In this document: piece by piece, positions 33,729-37,632 of the stretch
How the letters are laid out: each line of letters opens with the position of its first letter
How positions within the stretch are numbered: position 1 is the stretch's first letter
Source: Opitutaceae bacterium
GTDB lineage: Bacteria > Verrucomicrobiota > Verrucomicrobiia > Opitutales > Opitutaceae
Direction: 5' to 3'
Length of the DNA stretch: 37,632 bases
NCBI GenBank assembly: GCA_020847775.1
Contig: JADLBI010000195.1
Span: 1-37,632, forward strand
The notes under the pieces: generated by a model
Databases searched by the model: none
Told to the model about the DNA's origin: nothing
Seen by the model: only the letters and a program-made list of their open reading frames with translations
Made by a program: the position numbers and the translations under genes

Positions 33729-35693
33729 ATGACAAATCCACTAAAAGCTATCGTCGCGATGCTGCTGTTGGGCGCGCCCGTTCTGTCGCTGACGGCGGCG
33801 GAAGAAGCCCAGTCCGCCCGCAACACCGCGATTTTTGTGACGAACCGCGCCGGCGCCGCCTACGACGGCCAGGTTCCCGTGCTGGAAGACTTGCTCTCGG
33901 CCAAGTTGTCCGACGCCGGATTTAGCCTCATGAGCCGCGAGATGGTCGTTAACGCCGCGGGGCGGTTGGATCCAAACAATGCCAACAGCGGCGACGTGCT
34001 CTCCGGCCAGCTCGAAGACCAGTCCACCGCCGTGCGCCTCGCCCAGAGCATGGGGGCGGATTACATCCTTTCAGCCTCGATCGCCAGCATCTCCAAACAG
34101 AAGCGCAATGTTAACGCTTACGGTGTGCAGCTGGCCAACTACACCTACACCCTGCGCGTCAGTTATAAAGTGCTCGACGCCTCTGGCGGCGGTTCACTGA
34201 CCGGCGGCGTGGCCACGGCGACGAAGACCGAGCAAAACACAGTGCACTCCAACCAAGGATTCACGGTGGTGCCGCCCGATCCCTCCACCCCCGCCGCCGC
34301 TCCCGGTTCCGAAGCGGCCAACGCCGACGAAGCGCTGATGAAAGCCGCGCAAAAATACCAGCAAGCGGTCGGGGTGGTGCTGACCCAAGTGGATGGCGGC
34401 ACCAGTTTCGGCACGGCGTGGGGCGTGGGCCCGCATACCTTTGCCACCAACGCGCATGTGGCCGGTCCCGCCGCCGAAGCGCTGGCCGCTGGCCGCTCGT
34501 CGGTCGTGGTGATCAACAAGCACCCCGAACTGAGATTCAAAGTCGTCAAAGCGGTTTCTCATCCCCGTTACGGTGGTAGCGAACGGGGCATGCCGTCCAA
34601 CGACGTCGGCATTCTGGAGGTGGACGGGCAGATCCCCTCATGGTTTCCCGTGGCCCCCGCTGCGGAGCTGCAACGGATTGATTCCGGCTACCGTGTGGCC
34701 TACCTAGGTTTCCCGGTCGGGGAAAACATGACCGCGGTCGACCCCAACAGCCCGGTTGCCACGATGCAGACCGGTATTGTCACCTCCGTCACCGATTTTA
34801 ACGGCGGGGTCGGCACGTCCGCCTCCCGTCTGCTGGTGCAGCACAATCTCAGCTCCACCGGCGGCGCCAGTGGCAGCCCGGTGTTTAACGCCAAGGGTCA
34901 GGTCGTTGCCCTGCACAACGCCGGCAACTATGCTTTCGGCGTGGTGACGCAAGGCGGCAAGAGCGTCGAGCAGCGGCTCAAGTCCGGCCTGCAAATCAGC
35001 TACGCCCAGCGCGCCGATTTGCTCGGCGACATTTATCAATACAGCGCGAGCGCCGCGCCCGGCACCCAGGCCGCCGCGACCAAGAAGACCACCGTGGCGG
35101 TGGCGTTTCTCGATCCCGATATGGAGCCCGTCCTCGCCGATTTGATGGACGACGTCACGACTCAGATCGCCAGCGCGCTGCGCGCCAAGGTCGCGCAAAA
35201 TCGCATCGCCGCGCCGAAGGCCAAGGCCGCTCCGGTCAACATCACCCTGAAGGTCGAAACCGCCGACCTCTACGTCCCCGACGTGCAGATCGGCCCGGGC
35301 AACACCGTGTCGGTGCAGGATGGCAAACTCGCCGTGGCCCCGCTCGATGTCACCGTTGAGATAGACGGCGTCGCCGTGGGCTCCGCGCCCGGCACGGTGC
35401 AGGTCAAACCCGGCCTAAGCAAACTACGCCTCACCCGCACCGGCTATAAGACCTGGGAGCGCACCATCAACGCGGTGGAGGGGCAGACCATCACCGTCGC
35501 GATGCAGATGACGCCCGAGGGCTTGGCCCGCTGGCAGGAACTCACCGCGTTCATCAACGCCTTGAAAGACCAGGCCAAACTCACCGACGCCCAAGTCGAG
35601 GTGTTAAAAGGCCAAGCCCAGATGCTGCGCCAAAGCGGCTACAAGGTGGACACCAAGGACGCACCCCAGATCACCAACAAATCGATATTCTAA
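33729..35693 (+). CDS. Exported multidomain protein: CsgG/TolB_N-like domain, trypsin-like serine protease, PEGA domain
   Basis: Signal peptide; LAQSMGADYILSASI; catalytic triad TNAHV / NDVGIL / GGASGSPVF; PEGA VEIDGVAVGSAP...LTRTGYKTW. Confidence 0.8.
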   Translation: MTNPLKAIVAMLLLGAPVLSLTAAEEAQSARNTAIFVTNRAGAAYDGQVPVLEDLLSAKLSDAGFSLMSREMVVNAAGRLDPNNANSGDVLSGQLEDQSTAVRLAQSMGADYILSASIASISKQKRNVNAYGVQLANYTYTLRVSYKVLDASGGGSLTGGVATATKTEQNTVHSNQGFTVVPPDPSTPAAAPGSEAANADEALMKAAQKYQQAVGVVLTQVDGGTSFGTAWGVGPHTFATNAHVAGPAAEALAAGRSSVVVINKHPELRFKVVKAVSHPRYGGSERGMPSNDVGILEVDGQIPSWFPVAPAAELQRIDSGYRVAYLGFPVGENMTAVDPNSPVATMQTGIVTSVTDFNGGVGTSASRLLVQHNLSSTGGASGSPVFNAKGQVVALHNAGNYAFGVVTQGGKSVEQRLKSGLQISYAQRADLLGDIYQYSASAAPGTQAAATKKTTVAVAFLDPDMEPVLADLMDDVTTQIASALRAKVAQNRIAAPKAKAAPVNITLKVETADLYVPDVQIGPGNTVSVQDGKLAVAPLDVTVEIDGVAVGSAPGTVQVKPGLSKLRLTRTGYKTWERTINAVEGQTITVAMQMTPEGLARWQELTAFINALKDQAKLTDAQVEVLKGQAQMLRQSGYKVDTKDAPQITNKSIF

Positions 35694-35731
35694 GCCGCGC
35701 TCCCCGCGCACGCCCGCAACCCATTATCATC

Positions 35732-36616
35732 ATGAAACTCGGACGCATCTCCCTCCTCTTGGCCGTGCTCGCCATGGCGGCCGTGCCCTTCGCCTCGGCG
35801 CAGGGCAAGAAAAGTATTGTTGTCACCAAAATCCGCGCGACCGACGCCGTGGCCAAACGCATGGCCGACCAGGGCGTCTCGCTCTCCATCGACCAAGTCC
35901 TGCAAGGACTCGATTCGCAGGTCTATGACCGCCTCGTCAACAGCCGCCGGTTCGACGTGTATGATCGTTCGGACTCCGACGCGCTGCTCGAGGAGGCTGG
36001 CGCCACTGGCGACACGTTCATCTTTAACAAGGTGGATTACGTGCTCACCATCCGGGTGGACAGCTTCAACGACCGACAGGAGACCCGCCACTTCGCCTCG
36101 CTCGGCAAGACCATGATGCAGCGCGCGGTGGAGGTCTCCGCCGTCGCCAAGGTCACCGAAGGCGCCACTGGCAAGGCCGTCGGCACCGCCAATATCAACG
36201 TCACGGTCCGCGATTCCGAATCCCGCTCGGCCAGCACCACCTCCCGCGTGGGCGAGGCCAGCGACGACTTGGTCAACCAAGCCACTCGCGAACTCGCGGA
36301 AAAACTCGTCCTGCGCGCGACGGATTTCATTTATCCCGCCCGCATCCTCGCCAAGCGCGACCAGATCGTGACCATCAACCGCAACGACCAAGCCGGGGTT
36401 AAGGTCGGCCAAGTCTGGGAAGTTCTGGCCCAAGGCGAACCGCTCACCGATCCCGATACCGGCGAAACCATCACCGAGGAGGTCTATGTCGGCAAAGTGC
36501 AGATCGTGCGCGTCACCCCGCAATCCTCCCAAGCCAAGATTCTCGAAGATCTGGGCATTGACCGCGGTGCCGTTGTACGCCTGCTCTCCGACGTTGATGG
36601 CACTGAAGAGGAATAA
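35732..36616 (+). CDS. Exported CsgG-like protein with FlgT-C-like C-terminal beta domain
   Basis: LVNSRRFDVYDRSD..ALLEE, VDYVL, INRNDQAGVKVGQVWEV...LTDPDTGE. Confidence 0.7.
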   Translation: MKLGRISLLLAVLAMAAVPFASAQGKKSIVVTKIRATDAVAKRMADQGVSLSIDQVLQGLDSQVYDRLVNSRRFDVYDRSDSDALLEEAGATGDTFIFNKVDYVLTIRVDSFNDRQETRHFASLGKTMMQRAVEVSAVAKVTEGATGKAVGTANINVTVRDSESRSASTTSRVGEASDDLVNQATRELAEKLVLRATDFIYPARILAKRDQIVTINRNDQAGVKVGQVWEVLAQGEPLTDPDTGETITEEVYVGKVQIVRVTPQSSQAKILEDLGIDRGAVVRLLSDVDGTEEE

Positions 36617-36658
36617 CCCCCACTGCTCCACTCCCGCTCCAAGCATACCTGTCTTCGT

Positions 36659-37632
36659 ATGAATCCAGCCCAACCCACCACCACCAGCCGCCCCGCGTTT
36701 TTGAGCCGGGCGTTCGCCGCCAGCACCGCCCTGTTCATCTTGGCCGGCTGCCAGACCTACACCACCCAAACCGCCGACTTCACCCAAGCCACCCGTACGG
36801 GCAGCATTGGTGAGGCCATTGCTCAGATCGACCGCAAGGTCGCGGCCAACGAAGGGAAGAAGGACGAACTCCTGTTCCGCTTGGAACAAGGCGCCACGCT
36901 CCTGACCGCTGGTCTGGCTGATGCGACCGCCGTGCCGCCGCCCCCGGCGCCGCCGCCCCCGGCGCCGGCGCCCGCCGAGCCCGCCGCCCCAGCGCCCGAA
37001 GGCGAGGCCGCCGCCCCGGTGGTCCCCGCCGCTCCGACCCCGGCCGAGATCCACGCGTTCTATTTTCAACGGTCCATCGCCGCCTTTGATGCCGCCGAGA
37101 CCAAGATCAACGAGTGGGAAGAACAGGCCAAAGTTAAAATGGGCAGCGAAATGGGCGCCGCGCTGACCAATCAGGCCACCGTCCCCTATCGCGGTCGATC
37201 CTACGACAAGGTCATGATGAACGCCTACAAGGCGCTCAGCTATCTCGCCCTAGGCGACAAGGACAAGGCCCGGGTCGAGCTCAACCGCTCGCTGGAACGC
37301 CAACGCGACGCCGTGGCCGCCAACGAGCAGCGCATCGCCGAGGCCCAAGAAGAAGCCGCCGCCGCCAGCCGCGGCGAGCTGAAGGATGAAAAAGGCCAGT
37401 CCGCTTCCTACGACACCTCTCGCGCCATGAGCGATCCGCAGGCCGGCCCCGCCTTGGACGCCGCCCTCGCGCAATCGATCGCGCCGATGCAGCCCTACGG
37501 CGACTACGTCAACCCCTTCGCGGTCTTCCTCGACGGCCTCTATTACTCCGTGCTCGGGGTGGACGGCTCCGATTGGGAGCGCGGCCGCAAGTCCTTCGAA
37601 CGCGTCGCTTCCATGGTCCCGGAAAATTCCTA
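36659..37632 (+). CDS. COG3014-like TPR lipoprotein, 3' end off window
   Basis: Not in the ORF track because no stop falls in the window. My translation: MNPAQ...LFILAG-C lipobox, DELLFRLEQG, YRGRSYDKVMMNAYKALSYLALGDKDKARVELNR. Confidence 0.8.
   Translation, partial: MNPAQPTTTSRPAFLSRAFAASTALFILAGCQTYTTQTADFTQATRTGSIGEAIAQIDRKVAANEGKKDELLFRLEQGATLLTAGLADATAVPPPPAPPPPAPAPAEPAAPAPEGEAAAPVVPAAPTPAEIHAFYFQRSIAAFDAAETKINEWEEQAKVKMGSEMGAALTNQATVPYRGRSYDKVMMNAYKALSYLALGDKDKARVELNRSLERQRDAVAANEQRIAEAQEEAAAASRGELKDEKGQSASYDTSRAMSDPQAGPALDAALAQSIAPMQPYGDYVNPFAVFLDGLYYSVLGVDGSDWERGRKSFERVASMVPENS

Noticed and set aside
36930-37050. GC-rich CCG/GCC repeats
   Set aside because: They encode a Pro/Ala linker in the lipoprotein; not a separate DNA element.
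35690-37069. 459-aa minus-strand ORF, and similar long antisense ORFs (1130-2056, 15418-16215, 30046-30786, 31595-32362)
   Set aside because: Shadow frames opposite well-supported genes in GC-rich DNA; no motifs.

Overview
Most of the window (1 to about 29575) is a cargo-rich Tn7-like element whose left end lies outside the window. It carries fused tnsAB, tnsC and one long tniQ/tnsD, and no cas genes or CRISPR array are visible. It sits about 27 bp downstream of a minus-strand tRNA-Ile2(CAU) gene split by a 220-nt Azoarcus-like group I intron inserted after U33. Cargo comprises a KAP NTPase + HEPN pair, a PIN-like gene, a coupled lexA - N6-adenine MTase - PD-(D/E)xK nuclease operon, and a czcCBA/P1B-ATPase metal cluster led by a CxxC/RAP-type upstream ORF with a terminator. 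A small backbone (orphan Xre/MbcA-type antitoxin, dnaE2 C-terminal pseudogene, 15-bp-periodic perfect palindrome, 90-bp repeat) occurs twice: once nearly empty (21489-22827) and once holding 9 kb and 11 kb of cargo at its internal junctions. Right of the tRNA is visibly more GC-rich host DNA: REPIN-like elements, a GYF_2 membrane protein, rsgA with a probable leader attenuator, and a cluster of exported CsgG-like/protease/lipoprotein genes. A Verrucomicrobiota host is a tentative impression only. All calls come from motif reading by eye, without database searches.
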